Assembly: GCF_009914755.1 (NCBI RefSeq)
Contig: NC_060946.1
Origin: the human T2T-CHM13v2.0 reference genome, Homo sapiens
Direction: 5' to 3' (one strand)
Length of the DNA: 64,000 bases
Part shown: positions 1-19,940 of the stretch, one piece after another
Position numbering within the stretch: position 1 is the stretch's first letter
Layout of the letters: each line of letters starts with the position of its first letter
Program-made: the position numbers and the translations under genes
The notes under the pieces: model-generated
Databases searched by the model: none
What the model was told of the DNA's origin: nothing
What the model saw: the letters and a program-made list of their open reading frames with translations, nothing else

Positions 1-3299
<3,299 letters not shown>

Positions 3300-6200
3300 A
3301 AACCAAGCCAGCCAAGCCAGCCAGACAGCCAGCCAGACAGCTAAGCCACCCAACCAGCCAGCCTGCAAAGCCAGCCAAGCCAGCCAGCCAGCCAGCCAGG
3401 CAAGCCAGTCCAACCAGCCAGCCAGCCAGCCAGCCAAGCCACTAAAGCCAGCCAGCCAGCCAGGCCAGCCAAGCCAGCCAAGCCAGCCAGCCAGCCAAGC
3501 CAGCCAGTCAGTGAAGCCAGCCAAGCCAGCCAGCCAGCCAGCCAAGCCAGCCAAGCCAGCTAGCCAGCCAAGCCAGCCAAGCCAGCCAAGGCAGCCAGCC
3601 AGCCAAGCCAGCCAAGCCAGCCAGCCAGCCAGCCAGCAAAGCCACTCAACCAGCCAGGCAGCCAAGCCAGCCAAGCCAGCCAGCCAGCCAGCCAGCCAAG
3701 CCACCCAGCCAGCCATACAGCCAAGCCACCCAAGTCAGCCAGCCAGCCAGCTAGCCAAGCCAGCCAAGCCAGCCAGCCAGCCAAGCCAGCCAGCCAAGCC
3801 AGCCAAGCCAGCCAGTGAAGCCACCCAAGCCAGCCAGCCAGCCAGCCAAGCCAGCCAACCAGCCAAGCCAGCCAGCCAGCCAACCAGCCAAGCCAGCCAG
3901 CCAAGCCAGCCAAGACAGCCAACCAGCCAAGACAGCCAGCCAGCCAACCAGCCAAGCCAGCCAGCCAGCAAGCCAAGCCACACAGGCAGCCAGGCAGCCA
4001 AGCCAGCCAAGGCAGCCAAGCCAGCAACACTGCCAGCCAGCCAGCCAGCCAAGCCAACCAGCTAGCCAAGCCAGCCAGCCAGCCAAGCCAGCCAAGCAAG
4101 CCGGCCAGCGAAGACAGCCGGCCAGCCAAGGCGGCCAAGCCACCCGGCCAGCCAAGCCAGCCAAGCCACCCGGCCAGCGAAGCCAGCCAAGCCACCAGGC
4201 CAGCCAAGCCAGCCAAGCCAGCCAGCCAGCCAGCCAGCCAACCCTGCCAGCCAGCCAAGCCTTCCAAGCCAGCCAGCCAGGCTGCCAGCCAAGACACCCA
4301 GCCAGCCATCCAGCCAACCAGCCAAGCCAGCCAGCCAGCGAGCCAGCCAAGCCAGTCAGCGAGCAAAGCCAGCCAGCCAGCCAAGCCAGCCAAGCCACCC
4401 AGCGAGCAAAGCCAGCCAGCCAGGCAAGCCAGCCAAGCCACCCAGCCAGCCAAACCAGCCAGCCAGCCAAGCCAACCAAGCCAGCCAAGCCACCCAGCCA
4501 GCCAAACCAGCCAGCCAGCCAAGCCAACCAAGCCAGCCAAGCCAGCCAGCCAGACAAGCCAGCCAAGCCAGCCAACCAGCCAAGCCAGCCAGCCACCAAA
4601 GATGGCCGGCCAGCCAAGGTGGCCAAGCCACCCAGCCAGCCAAGCCGGCCTAGCCACCCGGCCAGCGAAGCCAGCCAAGCCACCAGGCCAGCCAAGCCAG
4701 CCAACCAGCCAAGCCAGCCAAGCCATCCAAGCCATCCAAGCCAGCCAAGCCAGCCAGCCAGCCACACCAGCCAAGCCACCCAGCCAGCCAAGTCACCCAA
4801 GACAGCCAGCCAGCCATGCCAGCCAAACCAGCCAGGCAGCCAAGCCACCGAAGCAAACCAAGCCACCCAGCCAGCCAAGCCAGCCAGACAGCTAGCCAGC
4901 CAGCCCACCGAGCCACCCAGTCAACTAAGCCAGCCAAGCCAACCAGCCAGCCATGCCAGCCAAGCCACCCACCCAGCCAAGCCAGCCAGCCACCCAGCCA
5001 GCCAGGCCAGCCAGCCACCCAGCCAGCCAAGCCAGACAAGCCAGCCAAGCCAGCCAGCCACCCAGCCAGGCAGGCCAGCCAGCCACCCAGCAAGCCAAGC
5101 CAGCCAAGCCGGCCAGCCAGCCAAGCCAGCCAAGCAAGCGAGCAAGCCAGCCAGCCAAGCCAGCCAAGCCAGCCAGCCAGCCAAGCCAGCCAAGCCAGCC
5201 AGCCAGCCAAGACAACCAGGCTAGCCAGCCACCCAAGCCAGCCAAGCCAGCGAGCCACCCAAGCCAGCCAAGCCGGCCAAACACCTAAGGCAGCCAAGCC
5301 ACCCAGCCAGCCAGCCAGCCAAGCCAGCCAAGCCAGCCAAGCCAGGAAAGCCAGCCTGCCAAGCCAGCCAAGCCAGCAAGCCACCCAAGCCAGCCAAGCC
5401 GGCCAGCCACCTAAGCCAGCCAAGCCACCCAGACAGCCAGCCAGCCAAGCCAGCCAGGAAAGCCAGCCTGCCAAGCCAGCCAAGCCAGCCAGCCACCCAA
5501 GCCAGCCAAGTCAGCGAGCCAACCAAGCCAGCCAACTCACCAGCCACCTAAGCCAGCCAAGCCAGCCAGCCAGCCAGCCAAGCCAGCCAAAACAGCCAAG
5601 CCCGGCAGCCAGCCAGGCCAGCCAAGCCAGCCAGCCAGCCCAGACAGCCAAGCCAGCCAGCCAGCCAAGCCAGCGAAGCAAGCCAGCAAGCCAGCCAGCC
5701 AAGCCAGCCAGCCAAATCAGCCAGCCAAGCCGGCCAAGCAAGCCAGCAAGCCAGCCAGCCAAGCCAGCCAGCCAAAATAGCCAAGCCACCCAGCCAGCCA
5801 AGCCACCCAAGACAGCCAGCCAGCCATGCCAGCCAAACCAGCCAGCCAGCCAAGCCACCGAAGCAAGCCAAGCCACCCAGCCAGCCAAGCCTGCCAAGCC
5901 ACCCAGCCAGCCAAGCCAGCCAGCCAAACCAGCCAAGCCACCCAGCCAGCTAAGCCACCAAAGACACCCAGCCAGCCAGCCAGCCAAGCTAGCCAACCAG
6001 CCAAGCCAGCCAAGCCAGCCACCAGCCAAGCCAGCCAAGCCAGCCAAGCCTGCCAGCCAGCCAAGCCAGCCAAGCCAGCCAGCCAGCCAAGCCAGCCAAG
6101 CCACCCAGCCAGCCATGCCAGCCAAGCCACCCAGCCATCCAAGCCAGCCAAGCCACCCAGCCAGCCAAGGCAGCCAAGACAGCCAAGCCATCCAGCCTGC

Positions 6201-9045
6201 CAAGCCAGCCGGCCAGCCAAGCTAGCCAATCTACTTGGCCATCGAAGCCGGCCAAGCCACCCGGCCAGCCAACCCAGCCAAGCCACCTGGGCAGCCAAAC
6301 CAACCAAGCCACCCGGCCAGCCAGCCAGCCAAGCCAGCCAAGCCTGCCAGCCAGCCAAGCCAGCCAACGAGCCAAGCCAGCCAGCCAGCCAAGCCAGCCA
6401 AGCCAGCCAAGCCACCCAGCCAGCCAAGCCATCCAAGCAACCCAGCCAGCCAAGACAGCCAAGCCAGCCAAACCAGCCTGCCAGCCAAGCCAGCCAAGCC
6501 ATCCAGCCTGCCAAGCCAGCCGGCCAGCCAAGTTAACCAGTCCACTCGGTCAGCCAAGCCAACCAAGCCAGCCAAGCCAACTGGGCAGCCAGACCAGCCA
6601 AGCCACCCGGCCAACCAGCCAGCCAAGCCAGCCAAGCCTGCCAGACAGCAAATCCAGCCAAGACAGCCAAGAAGCCAAGCCACCCAGCTAGCCAAGCCAG
6701 CCAAGCCACCCAGCCAGCCAAACCAGGCAAGCCAGCCAAGCCAGCCTGCCGGCCAAGCCAGCCAAGCCACCCAGCCAGCCAAGCCAGCCAGCCAGGCAAG
6801 CCAGCCATGCCAGCCAAGCCATCCAGACAGCCAAGCCAGGCGGCCAGCCAAGCCAGCCAAGCCACCCGGCCAGCCAAGCCACTTAAGCCACCCGGCCAGC
6901 CAGGCAGCCAAGCCACCTGGGCAGCCAGACCAGCCAAGCCACCCGGCCAGCCAGCCTGCCAAGCCAGCCAAGCCTGCCAGACAGCAAATCCAGCCAAGCC
7001 AGCCAAGCCACCCAGCTAGCCAAGCCAGCCAAGCCACCCAGCCAGCCAAACCAGGCAAGCCAGCCAGCCAGCCAAGCCAGCCAAGACAGCCAAGACAGCC
7101 AGCCAGCCACGCAAGCCAAGCCAGCCAGCCAGGCAAGCCAGGCATGCCAGCCAAGCCATCCAGCCAGCCAAGCCAGGCGGCCAGCCAAGCCAGCCAAGCC
7201 ACCCGGCCAGCCAAGCCACCCAAGCCACCCGGCCAGCCAGGCATCCAAGCCAGCCAAGTCAGCCAGCCAGCCAAGCCAGCCAAGCCAGCCAGCTAGCCAA
7301 GCCACCCAGCCAGCCAGCCAGCCAAACCAGCCAAGCCAGCCAGCCAGCCAGCCAAGCCAGCCAAGCCAGCCAGCCAGCCAGCCAAGCCACGCAAGCCAGC
7401 CAGCCAGCCATGCCAGCCAAGCCAGCCAGCCGGCCAAGCCAGCCAAGCCAGCCAAGCCTCCCAGCCAGCCAAGCCAGCCAAGCCAGCCAAGTCACCCAGC
7501 CAGCCAAGCCAGCCAAGCCACCCAGCCAGCCAGGCCAGCCAGCCAGCCAGCGAGCCAAGCCAGCCAAGCCAGCCAGCCAGCCAAGCCAGGCAGGCCAGCC
7601 AAGCCAGCCAGGCAGCCAAGCCAGCAAAGCCAGCCAGCCAGCAAAGCCAGGCATGCCAGCCAAGCCAGCCAGGCAGCCAAGCCAGCCAAGCCAGCCAGTC
7701 AGCCAAGCCAGCCAAGCCAGCCAACCAGCCAAGCCAGTCATCTAGCCAAGCCAGCCAACCAGCTAGCCAGCCAAGCCAGCCGGCCTGCCAGCCAGCCAAG
7801 CCGGCCAGACAGCCAAGGCAGCCAAGCCAGCCAGGCAGCCAAGCCAGCCAAGCCACCCAGCCAGCCAAGCCAGCCAAGCCACCCAGCCAGCCAAGACAGC
7901 CAAGCCAGCCAAATCAGCCTGCCAGCCAAGCCAGCCAAGCCACCCAGCCAGCCAAGACAGCCAAGCCAGCCAAATCAGCCTGCCAGCCAAGCTGGCCAAG
8001 CCACCCAGCCAGCCAAGACAGCCAAGCCAGCCAAATCAGCCTGCCAGCCAAGCTGGCCAAGCCATCCAGCCTGCCAAGCCAGCCAGCCAGCCAAGCTAGC
8101 CAATCCACTCGGCCACCCAAGCCAGCCAAGTCACCCGGCCAGCCAAGCCACCCAGCCAGCCATGCCAGCCAAGCCACCCAGCCATCCAAGCCAGCCAAGC
8201 CACCCAGCCAGCCAAGGCAGCCAAGCCAGCCAAGCCATCCAGCCTGCCAAGCCAGCCGGCCAGCCAAGCTAGCCACACTCGTCCATCGAAGCCGGCCAAG
8301 CCACCCAGCCAGCAAAGCCACCCGGCCAGCCAAGCCAGCCAAGCCACCCGGCCAGCCAAGCCATCCAAGCCACCTGGGCAGCCAAACCAGCCAAGCCACC
8401 CGGCCAGCCAGCCAGCCAAGCCAGCCAAGTCTGCCAGCCAGCCAAGCCAGCCAAGACAGACAGCCAGCCAAGCCAGCCAAGCCTGCCAGCCAGCCAACCA
8501 GCCAAGCCACCCAGCCAGCCAAGCCAGCCAAGCTACCCAGCCAGCCAAGCCATCCAAGCAACCCAGCCAGCCAAGACAGCCAAGTCAGCCAAACCAGCCT
8601 GCCAGCCAAGCCAGCCAAGCCATCCAGACTGCCAAGCCAGCCGGCCAGCCAAGTTAGCCAATCCACTCGGCCAGCCAAGCCAGCCAAGCCACCTGGCCAG
8701 CCAAGCCAGCCAAGCCACCTGGGCAGCCAGACCAGACAAGCCACCCGGCCAGCCAGCCAGCCAAGCCAGCCAAGCCTGCCAGACAGCAAATCCAGCGAAG
8801 CCAGCCAAGCCACCCAGCTAGCCAAGCCAGCCAAGCCACCCAGCCAGCCAAACCAGGCAAGCCAGCCAGCCGGCCAAGCCAGCCAAGCCAGCCTGCCGGC
8901 CAAGCCAGCCAAGCCACCCAGCCAGCCAAGCCAGCCATCCAGCCAAGCCAGCCAAGCCAGCCAAGCCAGCCAGCCAGCCATGCAAGCCAAGCCAGCCAGC
9001 CAGGCAAACCAGCCATGCCAGCCAAGCCATCCTGCCGGCCAAGCC
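3300..9045. repeat. (CAGC/CAAGC)n satellite, right part
   Basis: Same degenerate units; abrupt switch to unique AT-rich DNA at ~9046. Confidence 0.95.
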
Positions 9046-9115
9046 TTCAGTTTGTTGGAAATGCACTATCTGTGAGGTATGATAAAGCAAAGCACAGTAA
9101 TACAGGGTACGCCTG
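9041..9115 (-). mobile_element. Tigger1 DNA transposon terminal fragment
   Basis: CCTTCAGTTTGTTGGAAATGCACTATCTGTGAGG...ATAAAGCAAAGCACAGTAATACAGGGTACGCCTG matches the reverse complement of the recalled Tigger1 terminus (CAGGCATACCTCGTTTTATTGCGCTTCGCTTTATTG...). Confidence 0.7.
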
Positions 9116-10222
9116 CATAAATATACCATTAGTTGAGCTTGGAAGCCGAGAAAACAGCAGGTCTTTACCACGTTATCCCAGGTTCCCCAGGAAAGAGCGT
9201 ATGTAAGATGGAATTTAAATATTGATCTAGTTGTCTAATCTTGGCCATAGCTTTCGAACCACAGTATAATTATCTAGGTTCAAGAACCATTAACTCTCCC
9301 TGATTTCTCAAGGGCAAAGATGTCAATGCCAAGAGAAGATGTTTGTGTTCATTGGTATTTCCAAATATATTACTTTTTCTTTGGGCTTGTTGGCTATAGA
9401 TAAACCAGCCAATGAATTTTGGGCTAAGAAGTCCAAAACACCCCTATCCCATTAACAGTAACAGCAGCATCAAGAGGCAGCCTGGTATATTGCACTTAGG
9501 AAATTTATTGATTCATAGCTGTGTTCTCAGTAAGGTGTTTACCACTACTTTTCGGAAAACGAATTATCTTTTCTGCATGTATATTTTTCTGCATTTAAAA
9601 GATACGAGTCTCTTTTTTGAGCAGTTCTCTTTGTAAGGATTGATATTTGATGACTGTATTCTTTCTTAAAAGAAATTTTATTTCAAAGAAAAGAAATTTG
9701 CTTATTTTATAGTAGAATAAAACTTCTATTTTTCAGTTACAATTTGTATCTATTGGAAACTTTTGTAAATCTAAGATACGACATGGGATCTTAGTTTTTC
9801 TGTATCTTAAATATTTTACTATTTCATCATCCTAGAAATTACTTTATCCATATTCATTATTTCCAACTATGCTAAAAAAGACTAAAATAATATGAAAATA
9901 TAAAAGAAGGATAGAATAGCCTAGAAGGATAATAAAATAGTGAAGTAAATCATGACGTTACATCATGCTTCAGTTTTCTTATTGCATTGCCCAGTGTCTT
10001 GCATCATCTTTCCAGAAGTATAGAAGAAGTCTGCAGACACTGTCTTTGTAATTTTTTTGTTTGGTTGGTTGGTTTCTTTCAGGCTTTCACTGGACACTTG
10101 AGAATTCAGAATTTTTCACTTTTCACCTAGAATGATGACAGATGAAAACTGACCAAGGAAGATATTTCACAAGCATTAGACAAATCATAATATGAATGCA
10201 GATAGATAGTAGCAGCCTAGAG

Positions 10223-10450
10223 CAGAGTTTCCCAACCTCAGCACTATTGACATTTTGCACCAAATAATTCTTTGTTGTAGGAGCCATCCTGTGTGTGCAA
10301 TCCAGGATGTTTAGCATCCCTGTCCTCTACCCTACTGCAGGCCAGTAGTGCCATCCTGCTAAGTTATGGCTATCAAAAATGTCTCCAGACATTAGCCAAG
10401 GTTCCTGGGTGGTCAAGGGGACACAAAATCTCCCTAGTTGAGAACCACTA
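10223..10450 (-). mobile_element. MER20 (hAT-Charlie MITE), near full length
   Basis: Ends CAGAGTTTCCCAACCTCAGCACTATTGACATTTT and GTTGAGAACCACT; internal AAAAATGTCTCCAGACATT is typical of MER20. Confidence 0.85.
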
Positions 10451-11199
10451 CTCTAAACTCTAATCATGGTGAAGTTTATTATATAAATGAAATGTCAGAT
10501 GACAATACCTAAACTGTCTCTCAGTTATCTTAAGTCTTCTCAAACTCAAGATAATGATGAGTAAAGAATATATTTCTAACAACAAAAAGGAAATTTGATA
10601 GTATTTCTAAAGACAAAAAGGAAATTTGTATTCACATTCAGTTAGTCATTCCACCAGAATGACTTCATCACACAATATTTTGTGACAAGAACCTGAACAG
10701 CCTCATGTTTTACAATATTCTTTTCATCTTTTATTATATGCACCAAAATTTTCTTTTTTAAATTTTCTTGAACCTCTAAATCTACTTTAAAAATTTACCT
10801 GATACACTTTTTAAATGGACAAATGCTGAAGGTAGCTGTGTATACAAATGTGACTAGAAGGAAAAAGATGATGTAGAAATACAATAACTCCTTGAGTTGA
10901 TCATTCTGATTGGCATTTATAGAGTAGAAATGTTTTGTAATTACAGAGGAAAAAAGATGGCCTTTCCTTCAACAGTTATGAGCCGTCAGAATTTTCAAAA
11001 ATATTGCATTTTGACAATGTAGTTTCTAGTTTGACAATGATATATTTATCTTCAAAACCAGGAAAATGTAGATAAGGATTTGGTTTTATAATATTTAAAT
11101 TCTTATTAAAATGTATAATAAAATTGTTTTCCCCATCACTTTATTCTTCTGTAAGTTATTTTACGTTTAAAATGTAAACAAATAAAAATAAGTAAATAA

Positions 11200-11790
11200 A
11201 CAGTAGCAGCTTCTTTTCCTGGTGAATCGAGGATTGAGTATGTATTATATCTTTCCTGGACTATTGGAATAACCTCTCCCTCCTTCCACAGAGAAGCCAT
11301 AATAATCTTTATGAAATACAAATCAAATCATGGTATTCATTCTTTAAATAGTTATCAATAAAAATAAAATCCCAACTTTATACCCTGTTCTGCAAATTTT
11401 AACGTGGTCTGAATTCAGCTTACATTTCTTCTTTCCCTTGTCTATTGCCCATCAGGCTCACTGGCCTTATTCCTTCACACCAAACTAGTTATTTCCGGGG
11501 TGGGAGGAAGGCTTGCAGTGTTTTCTCCATCTGCAATAGTCTTTCCCAAATCTTAGTGTGGATAAAGTTTCCTTCTTGTTACTTGAATCACAAATACTAT
11601 GTTCTTAGTCATTCTCTGTTACATCATCCAGAGTACATTATATCAATTTTCCAATATTTTTATTTATTTGATTTCCCACTATAACAGAGGCTCTGTTAGT
11701 GCAGGGTCTTTTACTCTTTTGTAATCCCAACAGCAAGAACAAAACAAGGTACATAGTACATATTTAATAAATACCTATTGAACAAATATG
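11200..11790 (+). mobile_element. Degraded L2 3' fragment
   Basis: Ends with an L2-type tail GGTACATAGTACATATTTAATAAATACCTATTGAAC; boundaries approximate. Confidence 0.5.
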
Positions 11791-12571
11791 TGCCAGTAAT
11801 ATTTCTTCATGCTGCTGAATAAGTTAACAGCATATAAACACATACAAACCAAGTGGCATGGATGTCTGCTTTGATTTTTAGCCATTTAAAAATATACGTA
11901 ACCCATCCTAAGGGGTTTATATTTGTTTTGCATAATACATTAATATGTACTCATTATTCATTACACAGTTAATATATCTATATTTGCAGGGAATATACAT
12001 TGCTTGGAATTATACAAAAAAATATTATTTTTCGTTTTCTAATATTCAGGATACAGTGTTTTAATGGGGGTGTTTCTTCATTCTTTTTTTCTTACTGGTT
12101 TTTACTTTTTAAATTTGAAAGCCTTGCAGTGATCATAAGGATCTGTTCAGGCAAAGAACATGAAAGAGTTTAAATTTTTATCATTTTAGTGTTTCTTATT
12201 CTCTATATCAAAAACATTCACAGGTAAGTTAACAAGATCCTCATCAGGAGGAAAAGTAAATTGTTCACTACCATCCTCTAGTATCCTAATCTGGTCTTGT
12301 TGTTGGCTAACTTCAGCAGTTACTATTCTGTGATTGGTGTAATATTAACCAAATAAATTACTGGATTTGTTCCACAAATATTATATCTTAGATTGGTTCT
12401 TTCCTGTCTCTGAAAATAAAGTCTTGCAATGAGAATAAATTATTTTACAACAGTTAATTAGCAATGTAAAGTTTATTGAAAATGTATTTGCTTTTTTTGT
12501 AAATCATCTGTGAATCCAGAGGGGAAAAATATGACAAAGAAAGCTATATAAGATATTATTTTATTTTACAG

Positions 12572-15237
<2,666 letters not shown>

Positions 15238-15244
15238 TAGAAGC

Positions 15245-15485
15245 CCAGTGTATATACAGATCATGGTCCTTGGAATCAAGCAGATTAGGATTTGGAACCA
15301 AGTTCCACTGCCTCTCATCTGTGTAGTGTTAGACACGTTATGCAGGCTCTCAAGACTCATTTTCTTTGTCTGTAAAATGGGAATAATACCTGCTTCGTAA
15401 GGCCATTGTGAGAATTAAATTACATGAGATATGCAAAGAACCTATCACAATCCTTGGAACACAGAAGGTGCTCAATAAATGTTAG
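15245..15485 (+). mobile_element. MIR SINE
   Basis: Core TCTGTAAAATGGGAATAATAC...TTGTGAGAATTAAAT and tail GTGCTCAATAAATGTTAG. Confidence 0.8.
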
Positions 15486-15721
15486 ATCCCTTTATTTTCC
15501 CTTCCTTTCTCTTATTCAGGTCCCTAAGTATTTACAGTGATTATTTCCTTATTCTGTCATTTATTATCTCTCAGTAATGACCCTGAAAATGAGTGGAAAG
15601 AAGTTAGTTTTTACATTTCCAAGTTTAAAATGGATTTCGAGTCACTCAGTAAATATATCACACCCTCTAGTCATCTGCTGTCTAGCTTAGTATAACTAAG
15701 AGTAGGAAATACAATGTAAAC

Positions 15722-15905
15722 TTTTTTTTTTTGAGACAGGGTCTGGCTCTTTTGCCCGGCCTGGAATGCAGTGGTGCAATTTCGGCTCACTGCAGCCTTG
15801 ACCTCCTGGGTTCAAGCCATCCTCCCACCTCAGCCTCCTGAGTAGCTAGGACTATAGGAGCATGCCACCACTCCCAGCTAATTTTTGTATTTTTAGTAGA
15901 GACAG
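15722..15905 (-). mobile_element. Alu (AluJ-like) right arm, truncated at TAGAGACAG
   Basis: Poly(T)-GAGACAGGGTCT...TTTTTAGTAGAGACAG, then non-Alu sequence. Confidence 0.85.
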
Positions 15906-18640
15906 TGTTCTATTCTGCTTTATATTAAAAGCCCATTAGAAAATGGGAACCTTGTGAATATATAATGAATTGTAAAATATTTTAATGTGTAACTTTTTCA
16001 ACTGTGAAACTGACTACTGATTTTTTGATGAAAACAGCTGCTGATAAAGTATTTTGTGTAAAGTGTAGTCCTTATTAATCAGGAAAATGATGACTTGATT
16101 AGACTGTATATGCCCTCTTGGATTTTATTTTAAATGGATTGGTGACTTTCACATAGGTAAAACACAGTCCATCTGTATTCTTTTTTCCATCAAAAAGCGA
16201 GTGATTTAGAATTATAAAAAAATTTGTGAGCAGCCTATTTGAAAGGCATCATGGAAATTTCACAGCACAATAACATGGATTTGTTTTTTTCTTAATGATG
16301 TAAATCCGTTTAATTCATATTTTGATCAATAGCCCATGCTTGCCAACTCTGAAGAAATTTAATTTCCAGCAGTATTTTAAAGCTAGCCTGTTAACTTTTT
16401 CTGAATATTTAAAGTTCCTCTTTTTTCTATGTCTGCACAAACTGCAGACCTGGGCTGGACCCACATACTCAAGAGTCCACCTTAAGAAATTATTTTGATG
16501 TCCAAGACATCACTAAAATATTTCAGTTTAAAGATAACATGTGGTGTTAATAGATTGTGGTGCTTTTACTATTTAAAGACAACTTTCATACTTCAGATGT
16601 TTTTGAGAAGAGGGGAATGTGAGGGGAGGGGGCAGAACAGGGAGGAGTTTGAATGAATTACATTCTTTATATCCATCCTGCTCATTTGGGGCATGTCTTT
16701 AAGAGAAGGCTGAAAGTTGTGAGAGTATATTGTATACCGTAAGAGAATCAACTCTTCATCATGGATGGGATTGTGAAGGCTGAACTGTAAAATTCAGCAT
16801 TGACAGCATCCTCAATTAATAATTCTTGGTGACAGAATAATACAGCTGGGCTGTTTTATAAATATAAACAATACCATTTTTAATTATTACATTAAAAATT
16901 TTAAATATATCTATGTGCCATGGCCTGGGAAGCCTGTTTTCTATTTTCATAAAAATTATTTTTACTGTATGAAAAGATTATGGGGTTTAGCTCAAAATAT
17001 CTGTGGTCCTGATAAAATTGGATTGGTAACTCTACCTCAGAAGGAAAATGGGAAAAAAAAATAGATGAGTCACAATTCAATACTTCAAGCTCAGAAACTG
17101 TGCAGATCACTGAATTTTAGATTTATAAAGTCAGAGTTGGCATGCGTTGTTTTTAATGATATGGAAGACCTTAAGAAAAAAACTTGGCTGAAGTTTAATC
17201 GTTGGTCCAGCCATTTGAAAAAGGCAATAGTTCGAGGAGGTTTCCGAATTCGGCATTTGAAATTCATTTTGTTCTCTCTTCTTCATTATTAGTGCATTTG
17301 GTGTGTGTATACTTGCACACAATTCTGTTTGTGTACACACTGCTTGCTAAGCCCTAGTCAAGAGGCATCTTTTATAAAAGGTGTAAAGAAATATCAAGGT
17401 TCTAAAATTCGGAAGAGTTTAGAATTTATTAGGAGTTTCCCAAGTTGGGATGTTAGTCTTTAAATAAACTTCATGCACCTATTCCACTTAAGGTTTTGCA
17501 CCTCCTTTTTATTAGTGCAGTGCCATTTCTTCTGCTTGATTTTAGGTATGTTAATATTCCAGCCTTGCTAGTTAGCATAAAGTGACAGGTGTGAGCCATG
17601 AGGAAATTTTCTGACTTAATTTTTATACAACTACATATGAGTTTTAGTGGAGAAAAAAAATTAGTCCCTTGTGCATATATAGTAGTTAGGTAAATGATTT
17701 TTCTACCAACAGTGTACTCCATTCCTCATGTAGGTAAGTACAGAAAAGGTTTTTAAATGTATTTTGTTAGCCAGTTAAAGTCTATGAATCTATCTGCAAC
17801 CTTATTTAATCTGTCACTACAATAATTTTGTGGTTATGCTAAGAACCATGTATACTTTTAGGTATTCTTATTTTTGTCAATTTTTCTAGGTTAGCAAGGA
17901 GGCAGAAAAGCTTCACTGTTTCATATTAAAATATAATTAGACTAAACTTAATTCTAGTATGAATTTCCAAAATCATTATCTATTTATTTCATTTTTATTT
18001 AATTTTGTTTTTAGTTCATTTTTAAAAGTCCCTTGTTCAATTTAATTTATGTTCCTAAGAGTGGTTGGAGAACTTGGCCTTCATCTGATTTCAAAAACAT
18101 TTTGAGTTTCAAATGAAGTTAATGGTTTCAGTGTGATTCAGTCCTCAGACCTAATTGGGTTGAATAAAATCTAAAAGAATATACCCTTTTGGAGCATAAC
18201 ATTTTAATACCTTGGGGAATGTGGCACTACCAAAAGAAGACTACTAACACGTCAGATGTTCACCTGGAAGCTTTAACAAGAAATTCGAACCACCCTTTTG
18301 GCCCCATTAATTGTAGCAAGTTTATTTCTCTATATTTTGTCATTCAGTGAATTGAAGTCCTGTGGTATACTGCATTCATTAGAAGAAAAACGTTTTTAAT
18401 GTCCTTTTAATGATGGCCCAGAAAGCATTTGACACAGCAAGATGCATGTATTATTATATTGAGAATACAGAATAATAACAGTATCACTAAATTTAAGACC
18501 TCTTCCCAGTCTTGCTGTTCCTAGCAAGAAGTTTGGCCCGTGACTGCACTTACTGTTTATGCTCATCAGAAACTGTCAATGTCTGCTTTTCTTTAACTCT
18601 GCAGTCTGTAACATCATGCTGTTTATTAAAAAAAAAAGAA
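15906..18640 (+). pseudogene. Probable distal PIK3CA 3'UTR remnant
   Basis: Repeat-free AT-rich UTR-like sequence ending in ATTAAA plus an A-run at ~18625. It lies between the PIK3CA exons and the convergent KCNMB3 last exon, as at the 3q26 source locus. Identity is inferred from position. Confidence 0.5.
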
Positions 18641-19709
18641 AAATTACTTTGACTTGTGTCCAAACAATCCTTAGTGTACTACATAAGCAAAAAACTGTGA
18701 TAATTCTCTTTTGCCATTCCTTTTGAAAAGCAAGCCAGTGTTGCTAAAATCAAAATTTAGCTGAATTTGAGTTCTTTTCAGTAATGACTAAGAATACTTG
18801 ATTGAAAATCTGAAACTATTATACCTTAAAAGCCAATTTTTCTGCCCCAGTAAAGTGATGAATATTAAAGAAATGTATGTTTAAATATTTACTTCCTTTA
18901 AGCATAAAGAATTATATGCTTGTATTTTAAGAAATATATGTATGTATACATACATATGAATGTATGTATATGCAATAGGTAAGTGGACTTTTTTCCAAGT
19001 CATTTGAAGATCAGAACCTAGAAATGAAGTTAGGCTACAAGCAAACTGGTTTTGCTTTCAGTTCTCATAAACATTGCAAAAGGTAAGTGTGGGCTTTTCT
19101 TTGACCATTAATGCACATAGGCATTAACAACTTAGTATTTCTGAGCAATTAAGCAAATAATTACTTACATTTTATTTATTTGCCAAATGGTTTAAATAAT
19201 TTTGAATTGACTTTGTTCTCCAGGGATAATATCTCTCTTTGCTGGAATGATTCAGGTAGCTCCTATCTAAATGGAAAACTGTGGTAATTGAAACACACAC
19301 TTTACATTTTAAATTAGCAGTTTTGAATTTGTTAGGGAAAAAAATCCCAGCAATTGCATATTGTTAGGTAGAAGTCAAATTTACAAAGAAACGGAATAGA
19401 GATGTGCCCTTGAGAAAAGTGTAGAATCTCAATGTGCAGATGATTTAAAATGTGCGTGCATATAAAATGTTCATGTGTACTTACATACTTTATTACAGAG
19501 AAGTCTTTGGTATACAAAATAGTTTACCACAACCTTTTAAACAGCAGGTTCTGGGCCTTAAATGCGTATCACATTTAGCCAAGAGAACTCGGGTAGGGGC
19601 ATGGAAAATGAACTGCAGCTCCCTATCCCTAGCCTCTATACCAGCTGTTCAATGAAAAGTACCAAGGCTCACTGAATGTTATAACCTAGCAGATTGTTAC
19701 ATAAATGAT

Positions 19710-19940
19710 CTAACATTTTTGAGCACCGCTACTGGATGCTAGAAGCTAAGCTAAAGTGTTTCACATGCCCTACTTTGCTTATTCTATAAAATAACTGCGT
19801 GAAAGAACAGGTTATCCCCATTTTATAGATGAGAAAAGAAAGGTTTACACAGGTTAGCTTATTTGCCCAAAGTTGTGATTATGGCCTACAAAGTCAAATA
19901 AATCCTACTCTGAGACACATGTTCTTTCCACCATTGCACA
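19710..19940 (-). mobile_element. MIR SINE
   Basis: TTATCCCCATTTTATAGATGAGAAA core; boundaries approximate. Confidence 0.65.
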
